DNA of 63,808 nt, counting the filler, from Nemertoderma westbladi (Eukaryota; Animalia; Xenacoelomorpha), in assembly GCA_032718475.1 (NCBI GenBank). It is 3 parts of 3 records of this genome, joined end to end, with 100 filler letters (N's around TTAATTAATTAA, not from the genome) between each part and the next. Parts side by side here need not be neighbours in the genome. Positions count along the whole stretch, not along the records: positions 26,344 to 54,787 come from JAUCBJ010008867.1; positions 54,888 to 63,808 come from JAUCBJ010000728.1; 1 more part is not named here. One strand, written 5' to 3'. A program made the translations under genes and the position numbers. The notes under the pieces are model-generated. The model was given only the letters and a program-made list of their open reading frames with translations, was not told the DNA's origin and searched no databases. How positions within the stretch are numbered: position 1 is the first letter of the stretch; every line of letters starts with the position of its first letter. Positions 53,401 through 63,808 of this stretch are shown here, one piece after another.

Positions 53401-53612
53401 ACATTTTGGAATTTTCTGTGCTGGCACCAAATTTTTCCAAAATTTTGGTTCAAACTATAATTTTTTTAAGAAATTTTTTAACCCACACTATACGCAATAA
53501 GATTCTGTGCCAGAAACTGTAAACATGATCATTATTGAACATTCAGTAATCCTGTAAAGTGTACCAATGTGTTATTAGTAAATGAATGGGAAAAAATTAC
53601 AGGACTGCTCCC
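50467..53612 (+). mobile_element. Kolobok-type (Mutator-like domain) DNA transposon
   Basis: TIR GGGAGCAGTCCTG (50467-50479) and CAGGACTGCTCCC (53600-53612) followed shortly by TTAA; encloses the transposase relic. Confidence 0.75.
50830..52816 (+). pseudogene. Kolobok/Mutator-like DDE transposase, frameshifted, with a probable intron
   Basis: CxxC..CxxC, FDGTWQKRGHKS, CHKC, SGGME, YLGDGDS, ECVGHIQKRMG, HQLCPKG..SWC, GKTQNSNES motifs spread over ORFs 50830, 50993, 51937 and 52580; acceptor ttttctatag ending at 51931. Confidence 0.85.
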
Positions 53613-54787
53613 ATTTTAAAACAACGAAACGATTAACGAGAGTGAGTCTATACACATCGCGCATAGGTCCCTTTTAAGTCCCAGTTTAAGGTCCCAGTCC
53701 TTTTAAGTGGAAAAAAATAAGTATAATTTTTAATTAGACTGTATTAATTTATTATATTGTTAGCCACCTCATACCAACCAACCACCGTAACATAAGCCTG
53801 AATTATAGTAATAGTGTCTGTAGAGGCACAATAATATTACAGAATAACATGATATGTACGGTATTTACGCTATAATTACTTTGCAGAAATTCATTTACCT
53901 ACACTTAACGTCGAGAATATTCTAAGGTTTAGGTTCAATTAGCAAGATGAACAACTTTAGTAAACGATAAAAAGTTTTCTATGATTGGCTAGAAAATTAT
54001 TAAACCTTTTATTGTAATAATATTTTTGCAAACCAGTTTCTAAATCAAACATGTCCAATTTTTTGGGATTTCTCTTTTTACGACCATGTGCAACAACAGT
54101 ACCGAAAAATTAATCATGCCTTTGTTTGCGTACCGGTACTGAAAAAGTTTACAATAAATAATGTAGATAATATATCGATAGTCTCTATAGCAACATTCTC
54201 TAGGCAAATCGTTCACTAGTCGACAACCCAAGGCCCATCTCGTAACCATAGCAACCACGTGGAATATTTCCGGTCATCAGAGATGAAGTAAAGCAACTTT
54301 CTTTGACCATGGCCCTGAGATCAGTTCCAACGATGTTCTCTATCCATCTCCTCAGTTGCAATGCGTACGGCTGCAAAAATATTGAAATAATAATAATAGA
54401 AACCCCATACATATTATTGAATTTGGATTTCGGAATTGATACTTATTATTAATAATAAGGTACATATTCTTAAACATAAACTGGAATTATGCGTTAATAT
54501 TACGTTATTACGTAAATTGCATACTTTATAATTTACTGCAAATTTATAACATATTAATGATAAATGATATTTAATAAAATTAATGATTAATGATAAATAT
54601 TAATGAGGTACACTATCATTAATGAGATAAAACGATGGACAGATATCAATCAAGGCCACAAACATTAATCATGGGCACTATCATTCCATTCCATTCATGA
54701 TAGTCCTACCCCCCCATCGCACTTAGTATGATTCCTGTTATGATTCCTGACCAAACCAATAAACTATGTTATTACCAATTGAGGGAA

Positions 54788-54887
54788 NNNNNNNNNNNNN
54801 NNNNNNNNNNNNNNNNNNNNNNNNNNNNNNNTTAATTAATTAANNNNNNNNNNNNNNNNNNNNNNNNNNNNNNNNNNNNNNNNNNNN
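54788..54887. other. Assembly gap with artificial linker
   Basis: 100-nt N-run with a central TTAATTAATTAA. Confidence 0.97.
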
Positions 54888-55599
54888 TGGGTTTAACCTC
54901 GGATTCGCCCTCCTCAGGTCTCTTCCAACCCACTAATTTAAATTCCCTGGCATCGACTAAGTATGGCCCTATGTACACTACACCAGGCCCCATACCCGTA
55001 CGTTCCCATAGCCAAAACAGTTCGAAGGCAACCCCTCTCGCTCTCTCCCTGGCCAGTTCTCCCTGCCCAGAACGCACTAGGTGATCAAAGTATCTGTTCG
55101 ACTCACCTAGTCGTCTCCTCAGTCTCACCTCGTCTATCTTCGCCCCTCCTTTGGCCTCTCTCAGTTGCTCCCTGGTCGCGAGGTAGGCCCGTCGAAGTCG
55201 ATCAGAAACCCCGACGTCCTCGTCGCCGACCTCTCCTCTGTCTCTCCGGGTCCGACGTCGTACCGACGGCCCCACCGTCGCCGTTCCGGTGGACCGTTTG
55301 TCGTCCTCGGCCTGTGGCGGACCGGCGACATCGGTCCGTCGACCCTCGCTCCGCGTCGACTCGTCTTTCTCTTCTCCTCCCGACTCGTCTCCTCTACTCG
55401 ACTCGCTCTCTCCTGGTAGACGACCCCCCACACCTTGGTTCGCCGTGTTGCTCGTTATCGACGTGGCGTCAACGTGCGTCGACGTGGTCGGCGTAGCATC
55501 GACCGGCGTCGTGGGTTCGTATCGTCTCACCGTGGCCTCGCGGATCGTTAGATCGTCGTCCGGGGTCCGTGGCGGTGTCGTTCCTTTCTCTCGGCTCAT
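54888..55599 (-). CDS. Putative gag-like first ORF of an LTR retroelement, cut by the gap
   Basis: ATG shortly downstream of the LTR and PBS repeats; GC-rich, low-complexity charged N-terminus; open until the gap. No diagnostic gag motif seen. Confidence 0.5.
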
Positions 55600-55624
55600 C
55601 TCGCCTTTGGTGTCAGCCTATCAC

Positions 55625-55692
55625 TGTCAGGGCAGCTGGGCGGATCTAGTTCTGTCACTGCCAGGGCAGCTGGGTGGAACTAGTTCTGTCAC
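55625..55692 (-). repeat. Duplicated 34-bp unit at the primer-binding-site position
   Basis: GTGACAGAACTAGTTCCACCCAGCTGCCCTGGCA then GTGACAGAACTAGATCCGCCCAGCTGCCCTGACA immediately after the LTR end. Confidence 0.85.
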
Positions 55693-56262
55693 TGTGACGG
55701 GATCTACGGATCCCGGTTTATCCGTTTGGGTTTTCTGCCCACGCGTCCCCGCCGTGTGTGAAAGGTAAAAGAGTTCTGATGTTGGGTAATATGTATAAAG
55801 GTATAATAGTCTGACAGTTGATGTAATATAGTATGACACAATAGGTAATATATAATGGCGGTAGCGGACGGTGACAGAAGTCCCCGTTCCACCCTACTGA
55901 TCTGACTGAGTAAACTGAATAACTGACCGGTATGATTACTGGTAACTGGTTATATTGCACGGTGGCCTTATTGCTACTCAATCGATGCCTTTCCCCCCTC
56001 TGATTGGTTGATACCCCTGTTGGCACCCTTTGCCCCCCTCTGAAGTGCTTCCCTTCGCCCTTGCTGTTCTCTCTCTTGTCAGGGGAGTAACCCCTGACCC
56101 TTATTGTGTGTGTCTCCTTTGGGGCCTATTGTCCCCGTTTACTGGGCTGACACGAGGTTGATTGGTAATCAACCTCGTGCTCCCAATATTGCTTTATGGC
56201 TCACTCTATGGGTTTGTGTTAGCGGAATTGGATAAGCTAACACTGTTTTTGTATCCGTCTCA
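55693..56262 (-). mobile_element. 5' LTR (570 bp) of an LTR retrotransposon
   Basis: Minus strand begins TGAGACGG and ends CCGTCACA (TG...CA inverted termini); TATA-like AATATAA at ~55950-55956 with Inr TCAGTT about 30 nt downstream. The partner LTR is not visible in the window. Confidence 0.7.
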
Positions 56263-56767
56263 TATAGAATCTCCGGACCGGACTTAGGAGGAAACAAGGG
56301 AGGCTCGTCCTCTTAGGAGCCTCCTAATAAAAAATATATATAGAGAGGATAATTAGTCAAGTGTGTAATCATTGTGCACTGTCAACCATGTCATGTAAAA
56401 TTGATAAATGTGGCGTCGAAATGACTATCGATGGGATTACCAAAGAGTACATTATAGTAGAGGTTTGCATTTTAATTTATTAATTCGTTTTGTCGGAGAT
56501 GTGCCAGTTACGAATACATAATATTATATTTGTTTCCAGACACTGCGCAAGCAAGCAATGAGGGTGGTAGGTTAATAATATTGACGTTGTTTAATTTTTA
56601 ATAAAAACAATAAGTATACTTTCCATCTGCTTTCCCCACGGAGTTGTGTTATTATTATTTCTACATTTATGGCGAACGATTTGGCAAATATTGTTTCTTG
56701 AGATTTTAGTAGTAAATATTTTGCTCGGTTATTTTTGGCATTATGTATATACTGGACTAGGTAGTAG

Positions 56768-57015
56768 TCAGCAAGTCTCTGACCGGATGAGCATAAGTTC
56801 ATGGGATGGTTTGCTTTCTGCATGTGGACGACTTATGTTACCTGGGATCATGGATCCGGAAGTCAGAGGACATTCGAATACGTAAGGGAAAGGCAAAGGC
56901 AGCCTTGAATGGGCTTTCCGGGATTTGAAAGTCACAAAGAATTAATCGGAAACTTAAAGTCCCATTTATTTAAATCAGCAGTTGTTCCAGTACTCCTCTA
57001 TGGGAGTCTATGCTG
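56768..57015 (+). mobile_element. Degenerate RTE-clade LINE fragment
   Basis: Colinear with 15662-15912 (CAGCAAGTCTCTGA...GTTCCAGTACTCCTCTA), with frameshifts. Confidence 0.85.
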
Positions 57016-57756
57016 GATTCTTCTATACGGGAGTCTATACGGTATTCAGCGATATATCAGTTCGGCGATGAATGTTGTGATTTGTAACATAGCATTAACC
57101 CATTTGTAACAGTTGGGTTGAATCATCAATTTATTCTAACTGATCTTGTTCTCTAACGATTTTAACGCTGATTCCAAATATATATGGGACTCCCCAATAC
57201 GCCAACATAAATAGAATATACACAATAAATGATTTTATAATAATAATAATAAGCCTACTGATACTTATATGCCTACAGTACAAATTATTTAATCGGGCAG
57301 TGGACATAATTTTACATAGATTTTAACCCCACAAATTACATGTGAAACCCGTCTGTCTCAGTCCGTGTTTGTCATAAGTCGGTCTAAAGGCCGTCACAAG
57401 TCCGTCGGTAGTCCGTCGGGTCTATCCCTTATGACGCCTGGTGTCATCATCCACCTTCTTGAATCCAATCAACTACTTTCGAGATATTTACAAATTAAAC
57501 TAAATACAATAAGAGGGGGTCTACCACCCCCTTAAACAAAACAAAATACTGAACATAACTGTAATTTGTTGCAAGCATTTCCAATACTTGTAAAAACTTT
57601 ACATATATTTCAAAATAAAATTTATATAAAGTTTCTACCAGTCCGTGTCCTATTAACAAATATTATTCCAAAAAAATGTATTTCTGACTGTATTTATCAA
57701 TCCAACACCTTGTGCGCTGTATTATATTATATCTAAGCAGAAACTACTACAGTTTC

Positions 57757-57841
57757 TAATGTCACCATACTAATATTACGTCAACCATCACTTGTTCCTG
57801 GAGCAAGTAATGGTTGACGTAATATTAGTATGGTGACATTA
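57757..57841. repeat. Near-perfect 85-nt hairpin
   Basis: TAATGTCACCATACTAATATTACGTCAACCAT pairs perfectly with ATGGTTGACGTAATATTAGTATGGTGACATTA, with further pairing toward the centre. Confidence 0.9.
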
Positions 57842-57853
57842 TGACGTATTCTA

Positions 57854-59064
57854 CCGCTGCACAAAAGTTGACAAATGGTAAAAAATAAGGCAAAAAAAGT
57901 TTCTTTAAATTTCGTCTATATCTTCACGGATCCCAAGAGGGTTGAAATTTTGAGCCATTGCGGTGCACCATAATGAAATTTATAACAATATAACACATTG
58001 ATGGGAGATCAATGACTCAAGAAAGAACTTCCTGCATGCATCAAATGTGATCAAATGGGTCCAAACTTAGTTAGATACCAAAATTTTGATTTTGGGACCA
58101 AGGGAAGTAGTGCAACAGGCAAATGACCAGAACCTACTCTTTGGCGCAAGTGACTCTTTTTCTCAATCTTGGTTATGGAAAACTTTTAGTTCTCATACGG
58201 CATTAATAGCATGTTCATTAGAACCGCAATGACCTATTTAGTGGGGGTAGACACCATCAAAACAAACATATAGCGAATAGTTCTTGAGATATTGAAGAAA
58301 ATGTTAAATTCGGCACAAGTCAACATTAGGCCTACTGCTTCGATGATTTATGGACAAATACACAAAAATGTTACTTCTTATCTTAAGGCATCAAAAATAT
58401 ACACATTCACTGCAACTAATTGATTTAGTGTATACAGGCACCTTTAAAATTAAAGAGTAGTGATTAATTCACTATAGTTTTTGTACAAAAATATCAATAT
58501 CAACTCAATATAAAGTATCAATTGGTGGACATAATCTGGACTTTTTGTACCATAAATCAAGAACTAATGACTCTACTCTTATTTTGAAGATGTCTAACTA
58601 CACCCACTACATCGATCATTTCTGTGATGTGTCTATTCTTGATTCCTTGAGATAATTCAAAATATCATTTATTGTGTATTTGTCCATATTGCATCAAGGC
58701 GGTAATGTAGACTTGTGCCGGACTTCACATTTTCTGCGATATCTCAAGAACTATTCGACAATATATTATTATAAGGTGTCTACCCCCACTAAATCGGATA
58801 TTGCGGTTCTAATGAGCATAATATTAATGCAGTAGGAGAACTCAAAGTTAGCTATCGCGAAAATTGAGAATTATCACCACTTACGCCAAATGGTAGGTTC
58901 TGTCCATGTGCCTGTGGCATTAGTTCCCTTGATCAAAAAATTTAAATTTTGGTATCCAACTAAGTTTGAACCCATTTGATCACATCTGATGCATGCAGGA
59001 ATTTCTTTCTTGAGTCATTTTTTTTGGCTTATTTTTTTACCATGTGGGAACTTTTGTGCACCAG
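57854..59064. mobile_element. Tc1/mariner-like foldback MITE
   Basis: TA|CCGCTGCACAAAAGTT...AACTTTTGTGCACCAG|TA; long diverged inverted arms ~58010-58510 vs ~58540-59020. Confidence 0.8.
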
Positions 59065-59109
59065 TAGAATAATGAAATCGAAAAAAGTAAAAAAATACCG
59101 CCGATTATA

Positions 59110-59520
59110 CAAGTACATCCACATAGGCGAGATTTCTATCTCGAGTACAGAAGTTATTGAAGTCCCAGTTCGATATCGTAATCGCACTAACAATAATATT
59201 ACAAGCGCGAATTGAAAAAATGCCATTATTAAGTAAGTGGAACGTTTCGATTTAATACATAAATCATCTTCAGCCAAAAATATATAACAGTGAAGTACAA
59301 AAAGTTTAGATTAAAATTTTAAATTGAAATACTGCTTAATAATTAATGTATTAAACTAAGTAATAAGATAAAAAATTATAAGCTAAAAGACATCGCTAGA
59401 ATCAACATTGTTCAATATAATACAATAATAACACATGAATGGTTAATGATAATTAGTTATGAAAGCAACTAATTGTAGAGATAGGGATGGGATGTGAAGG
59501 AACAATAGGCAGGATACTAC
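59110..59520 (-). mobile_element. 3' pseudo-LTR fragment of a related Penelope-like element
   Basis: Minus strand carries a hammerhead core and TACGATATCGAACTGGGAC, similar to TACGATATCCACCTGGGAC at ~62896-62914. Confidence 0.65.
59238..59276 (-). ncRNA. Minimal type I hammerhead ribozyme
   Basis: TGG-CTGAAGA-T-GATTTA-TGTAT-TAAATC-GAAACGTT-CCA: conserved core, 6-bp stem II, palindromic stem III. Confidence 0.75.
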
Positions 59521-59533
59521 TGTTACATATTAT

Positions 59534-59800
59534 GACGCAGTGTCCGAGTGGATACGGCGCCTGAACTGCTTACACAATAGTGTTTGGTGGCGCAGGTTCG
59601 AATCCGATTAAAGGCTGTAGAAATTTCGCATTGTTGTGTCCCTAGGCAAGACACTTTAGACATTGGTGCCTACGCCAACCCAGCTGTATAATGGGAACCT
59701 GGCTTTGCTGGGGGTAAGCTTTGAGTATGCTTTGGGTATGCTAAGCGTAGAAAAGCGCTATATAAATAACCAATATTATTATTATTATTATTATTATTAT
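59534..59800 (+). mobile_element. tRNA-derived CORE-type SINE
   Basis: A box TGTCCGAGTGG, B box GGTTCGAATCC, CORE-like TGTGTCCCTAGGCAAGACACTTTA...CTGTATAATGGG, LINE-like 3' end AAAGCGCTATATAAAT and (ATT)n tail. Confidence 0.85.
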
Positions 59801-60400
59801 ATTATACTACTTTAGATTAATTTAATTGAATTTGGTATCCTTGTTCGGTAATGGCAATTACCTGATGGAAACAAAAAAATTAGAATTTTAAAAATACAAT
59901 ACATATTTATAATATACAATATGTATTTTTCTCATCCTAATGTGAAAAACTCTTTCGAGCAAAATCTCGAGAACTATTCTCTCTATAGAATAAGTATTGC
60001 GATTCTAAACAACATTATATTTCAATTAATTCAAACGGAACGTTTCGGATCCGCCTGGGACAACAATCACCTCTATATTCAACAAGCGATACCCGGGTCA
60101 TATTAAGGGGTACCGTGCCTTTGAGAAGATCCAATGGAAATACGAAAAAACTGAACTCGATGTACACTTCCTTCAACATTGTCACGACTATGAACTCATC
60201 CCTCACTTACTACGATTTAAAACCAACAATAATCTACGATTTGGATCCCGAGAATACAGGTCCTGTCAGAAACGCTTACTCGTTGCAGAACTCTCAAACA
60301 AACGTCGACTTGCCTCGCGTTTAGAACGACAAGTAAAGGATGAACGCAATCACATTCGCGGTTTACTCTCCTGTATGGACTATGCCTACATACTACCAGA

Positions 60401-62506
60401 GTGGAGAAATCCCTCGACAAACGTATCAAACAACAGAAAGCAACACACACAAAGAAGTTGGTTAAACTACAACGAGAAGAATCACTACTTAAAGTAAACC
60501 TGGACACAGTTATCTTCAATTACTTTAACCGCTCGTTATCTGAACCCGAGAAATCGCTTCTAGCTAAACGACTTCGATATTCCCTCGTCCCCGAAACGTT
60601 GGATTACGCGGACTTCTTGGTTCCTTACGAGAAACTCTACAGAACACTAAAGACTCTACCGGTACTTAAGAATGCAGCTTATTCTAGAGAATTGGTTAGG
60701 AATAGACTGCTCGATACTGCACTGTCTGCCTTCCACGGGTACAACGCTAATAAATTGAAACAAAACCTCACCAAACTGGAACGCATCGCCCTTAAGAACA
60801 TCTCGTCGGACAAAACCATCGTTGTACTACGTCCGGATAAAGGCAATGGGGTTGTAATTCTAAACAAGTCAGACTACGTCGACAAGGTCCTAACTGTACT
60901 CGCGGATAAGAAGAAGTTCAAGGCACTCAATACACAACCTGAGGATTGGTTCCTGGATACGGTAAGAGCCGAGGACAGGTTCAAATCGCTACTCAACAAA
61001 CTCAAACCATCATGGAATATTCCTAAGGAAGTTTTTGACTCATTTAAACCTACAGGCACTCACCCAGGCATTCTATATGGATCACCTAAGATCCACAAGG
61101 ATGGCTGTCCTACACGCCCTATTCTCTCCGCTATTGGCACTATTGAATATCCTCTAGCTCGATATTTGGTTCCTAGGTTACAACCGTACACTAGCAATGA
61201 ATATACTGTTAGGGATACCTTCTCATTCGTAAAGGAGATTAATGATGTTATAACTGGACCCAATTCGTATATGGCCAAAAATCTGTTTACGAATATACCG
61301 GTAGATGAAACCATTGTTATATTGCTTAATCAATTATTTGAGGGGACAGATACAGTAGATGGACTGAGTAGAAGACAGTACAAAAAACTACTAGATTTTG
61401 CATCCAAGAACACTGAGTTTATTTTCAACCAACATAAATACTTGCAAATTGATGGCGTTTCGATGGGTAGCCCCATTGGGCCAACGTTTGCTAATGCATT
61501 TTTAAGCTTTTACGAAAAAAAAAAATGGCTGTCCAATTGTCCACCTGATTTGAAACCAATGTTTTATAGGCGATATGTGGATGATTGCTTTATTTTATTC
61601 CGAGATAGACAACATGCTAAAGAATTTTTAAACTATCTAAATTCCCAACACCGCAACATTGAATTCACTGTAGAATTTGAATCCAACAATTCCCTATCAT
61701 TCCTTGATGTTCTAATTACTAGAAGCCGTGATTCTCTGAACACAACCATATACCGAAAACCAACCTTTACTGGTCTATACACACACTATGATAGCTTTAT
61801 TTCAGACAAATTTAAAGTTGCCCTCATTGCTACTTTAATTTTTCGAATTTTTCACATTTGTACCAACTGGCGCCAATTTCAAACTCAAACAAATAAACTA
61901 CATGACATTCTGTCCCTTAACGGGTTTCCCAGTGAACTTATCTGGTCTGTCATTCACAGGGTCACCTCAAGACTAGGGGGGCCAGCCCGTCCCAAAATAC
62001 CTTCGGTTGCCAAAAAACCAATCTACTTAGTCCTACCTTACTTAGGCTACATGTCATCACAAATCAACCACAAACTTAAACTGATTTCTCATGCCTACCC
62101 GCAAATAGACTTCAAGATAATTTTCAAACCCCACATCAGACTAGGCACCCACTTCCCGTTCAAGGACAGATTTCCAGCCGCGATGAGACCCGTTGTCTTG
62201 TACAAATTCAAGTGTGCCAGCTGTAATGCTGTCTACATCGGTAAAACCGAGCGACATTTTAAGACACGAGTCTGTGACCACCTGGGAGTCTCACCAAGAA
62301 CGGGAAAGCCTGTGGCCAACCCACAACACTCTGCAATACGGGATCACGCTATAGAGTATGACCACAAATATAATTACAATGATTTTAAAATAATAGGCAA
62401 GGCACAAAGTAATTACGACCTTCTAATTAAAGAAAGCATCACAATTGGCAGACAAAAACCCTCACTAAACATCCAAGGCACGTCCTTCCCGTTATTTCTA
62501 TTTTAA
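60401..62506 (+). CDS. Penelope-type reverse transcriptase with GIY-YIG endonuclease (probably inactive)
   Basis: DKGNGVVI, YGSPKIHK, RPILS, GVSMGSP, RYVDD, FLDV, YRKPT and VLYKFKCASCNAVYIGKT. The N-terminus continues upstream in another frame (~60078-60400, FLQHC...LIP); motif-A Asp is missing. Confidence 0.92.
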   Translation: MEKSLDKRIKQQKATHTKKLVKLQREESLLKVNLDTVIFNYFNRSLSEPEKSLLAKRLRYSLVPETLDYADFLVPYEKLYRTLKTLPVLKNAAYSRELVRNRLLDTALSAFHGYNANKLKQNLTKLERIALKNISSDKTIVVLRPDKGNGVVILNKSDYVDKVLTVLADKKKFKALNTQPEDWFLDTVRAEDRFKSLLNKLKPSWNIPKEVFDSFKPTGTHPGILYGSPKIHKDGCPTRPILSAIGTIEYPLARYLVPRLQPYTSNEYTVRDTFSFVKEINDVITGPNSYMAKNLFTNIPVDETIVILLNQLFEGTDTVDGLSRRQYKKLLDFASKNTEFIFNQHKYLQIDGVSMGSPIGPTFANAFLSFYEKKKWLSNCPPDLKPMFYRRYVDDCFILFRDRQHAKEFLNYLNSQHRNIEFTVEFESNNSLSFLDVLITRSRDSLNTTIYRKPTFTGLYTHYDSFISDKFKVALIATLIFRIFHICTNWRQFQTQTNKLHDILSLNGFPSELIWSVIHRVTSRLGGPARPKIPSVAKKPIYLVLPYLGYMSSQINHKLKLISHAYPQIDFKIIFKPHIRLGTHFPFKDRFPAAMRPVVLYKFKCASCNAVYIGKTERHFKTRVCDHLGVSPRTGKPVANPQHSAIRDHAIEYDHKYNYNDFKIIGKAQSNYDLLIKESITIGRQKPSLNIQGTSFPLFLF

Positions 62507-62793
62507 AGGTGACCCCCCCCCCCCCAAACGCCCCCCCCCCCTCCCCCCCGCCCACCAGCACTACTGCTCTCACACGTACCGGTTCACCTTACTGCTTACA
62601 TTTTGTACATTTCAGTATTTATCGCATGTTACAGACTGACGACCTACTTGTTGTTTTGTCTTATTTACACAATTCTAGGATCATAATAACTTTGTTTCAT
62701 ATTTACTACATTAAATAATTAATTATTACTTTTTTTTTACAGTATGTTTATTTCGTAAAGTACTTTATATATTGCTAGTTTACACTGTTTATT

Positions 62794-62832
62794 TGGCTGA
62801 TGATGATGAATGTATTTCGTCGAAACGTTCCG
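62794..62832 (+). ncRNA. Minimal type I hammerhead ribozyme in the Penelope pseudo-LTR
   Basis: TGG-CTGATGA-T-GATGAA-TGTAT-TTCGTC-GAAACGTT-CCG. Confidence 0.75.
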
Positions 62833-63808
62833 TTTTAATTAATTGAAATATAATGTTGTTTAGAATCGCAATACTTATTCTATTCTGTTTTAAACTACGA
62901 TATCCACCTGGGACAACAATCACCTCTATATTCTCTCTATTTTGAAGGTAGTCAGCATCCATTAAGTTTTTACGGGTACAAGATGTTGTGAGTTTTTGAG
63001 GGCTGTCCGGCTAAAGGGGGGGGGGGGGGGGGGGGGGGGCCTACATCATTTTCGCTTCGATTTATCACTATCAGCGTTTCAAAATTGTTTGGTTTTTGCT
63101 ATAATTTAGAATATAGGTATCTACGATGCTATTCTACATGACAGCTCAGAAAAATGTTATTTTTCACTAATAAATATTTGTGAATCCGAGTTAACAATAA
63201 AAATACATTGATTGTGCGCTTAAAAAGACTTTCACAGTTTTGAATCTAATCAATTGAAAGTTTTTTATATGATAGATCAAAGATGGGGCAACATAACTAT
63301 CAGCCAAAATTTGTAAAAATAATTCCGCACCGCTAGGTGGCGCTGCAAATTTATGCTAATTTTTTAGGTTTGGGAAGATGCTAACAAATGTATATTGGAA
63401 ATATACCGGTACAACAATTAACAATTGAATACATTTTTATAAATATTTATCTATATAAAATGATACGTTTCATAGCAAAAAGAGAAGACTAATGAATGAC
63501 ACAATTGAAGTTAGAATATACCTACAATAAACATATTTACTAAACTCATTGTAAATTAACCTAAGTAAATTGATTTAAATGTAGTAATGAGTAAAAATTA
63601 GCATTTATAAAGAAATATATTAATATATTAAATAAATGAAATAAATGAATTGAATTGAAATGAGGTGAGTTGTGATTAAAAGCAATAAAGTGAAGTACAG
63701 TATATTAACTCTATTAGTACCGGGCTATAAAATGTTGTACAAATACCGGGGGGGGGGGGGGGGGTCAAAAAATACACCAAAAATGATACATGTGAATTAT
63801 CCTCAAGG

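Larger units (their letters stand above)
59985..62932 (+). mobile_element. Penelope-like retroelement
   Basis: RT + GIY-YIG ORF; direct repeat ~60053-60080 / ~62905-62932; 59985-60047 is an inverted copy of 62821-62883. Confidence 0.92.

Noticed and set aside
59534-59610. tRNA gene
   Set aside because: A and B boxes are present but the acceptor stem does not close, and it continues into CORE and (ATT)n tail sequence, so it is a SINE head.

Overview
AT-rich, repeat-dense animal (invertebrate) genomic DNA, not prokaryotic; two scaffold gaps. Host genes: the first four coding exons of a minus-strand Cys-loop ligand-gated ion channel subunit (GABA-A/glycine/GluCl-like; it continues off the left edge), an intronless tetraspanin, an intronless ALDH1/2-family aldehyde dehydrogenase and a divergent U6 snRNA with compensatory base changes. 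Most of the rest is mobile DNA: an APE-RT LINE with a 69-bp target duplication, five RTE-clade LINE copies (one with a ~230-bp duplication), a Crypton-like tyrosine recombinase relic, Sola-, piggyBac-, hAT- and Tc1-type MITEs and foldbacks, a Kolobok/Mutator-domain transposon, a CORE-SINE, a Penelope-like element with minimal hammerhead ribozymes, an LTR element whose primer-binding site is complementary to its own LTR, and several minisatellites (26, 35, 40, 50, ~57, ~66 bp units). The most interesting items are the apparent self-priming LTR element, the variant U6, the covarying hammerheads and the altered loop-A motif of the channel. All calls come from manual reading; no searches were run.
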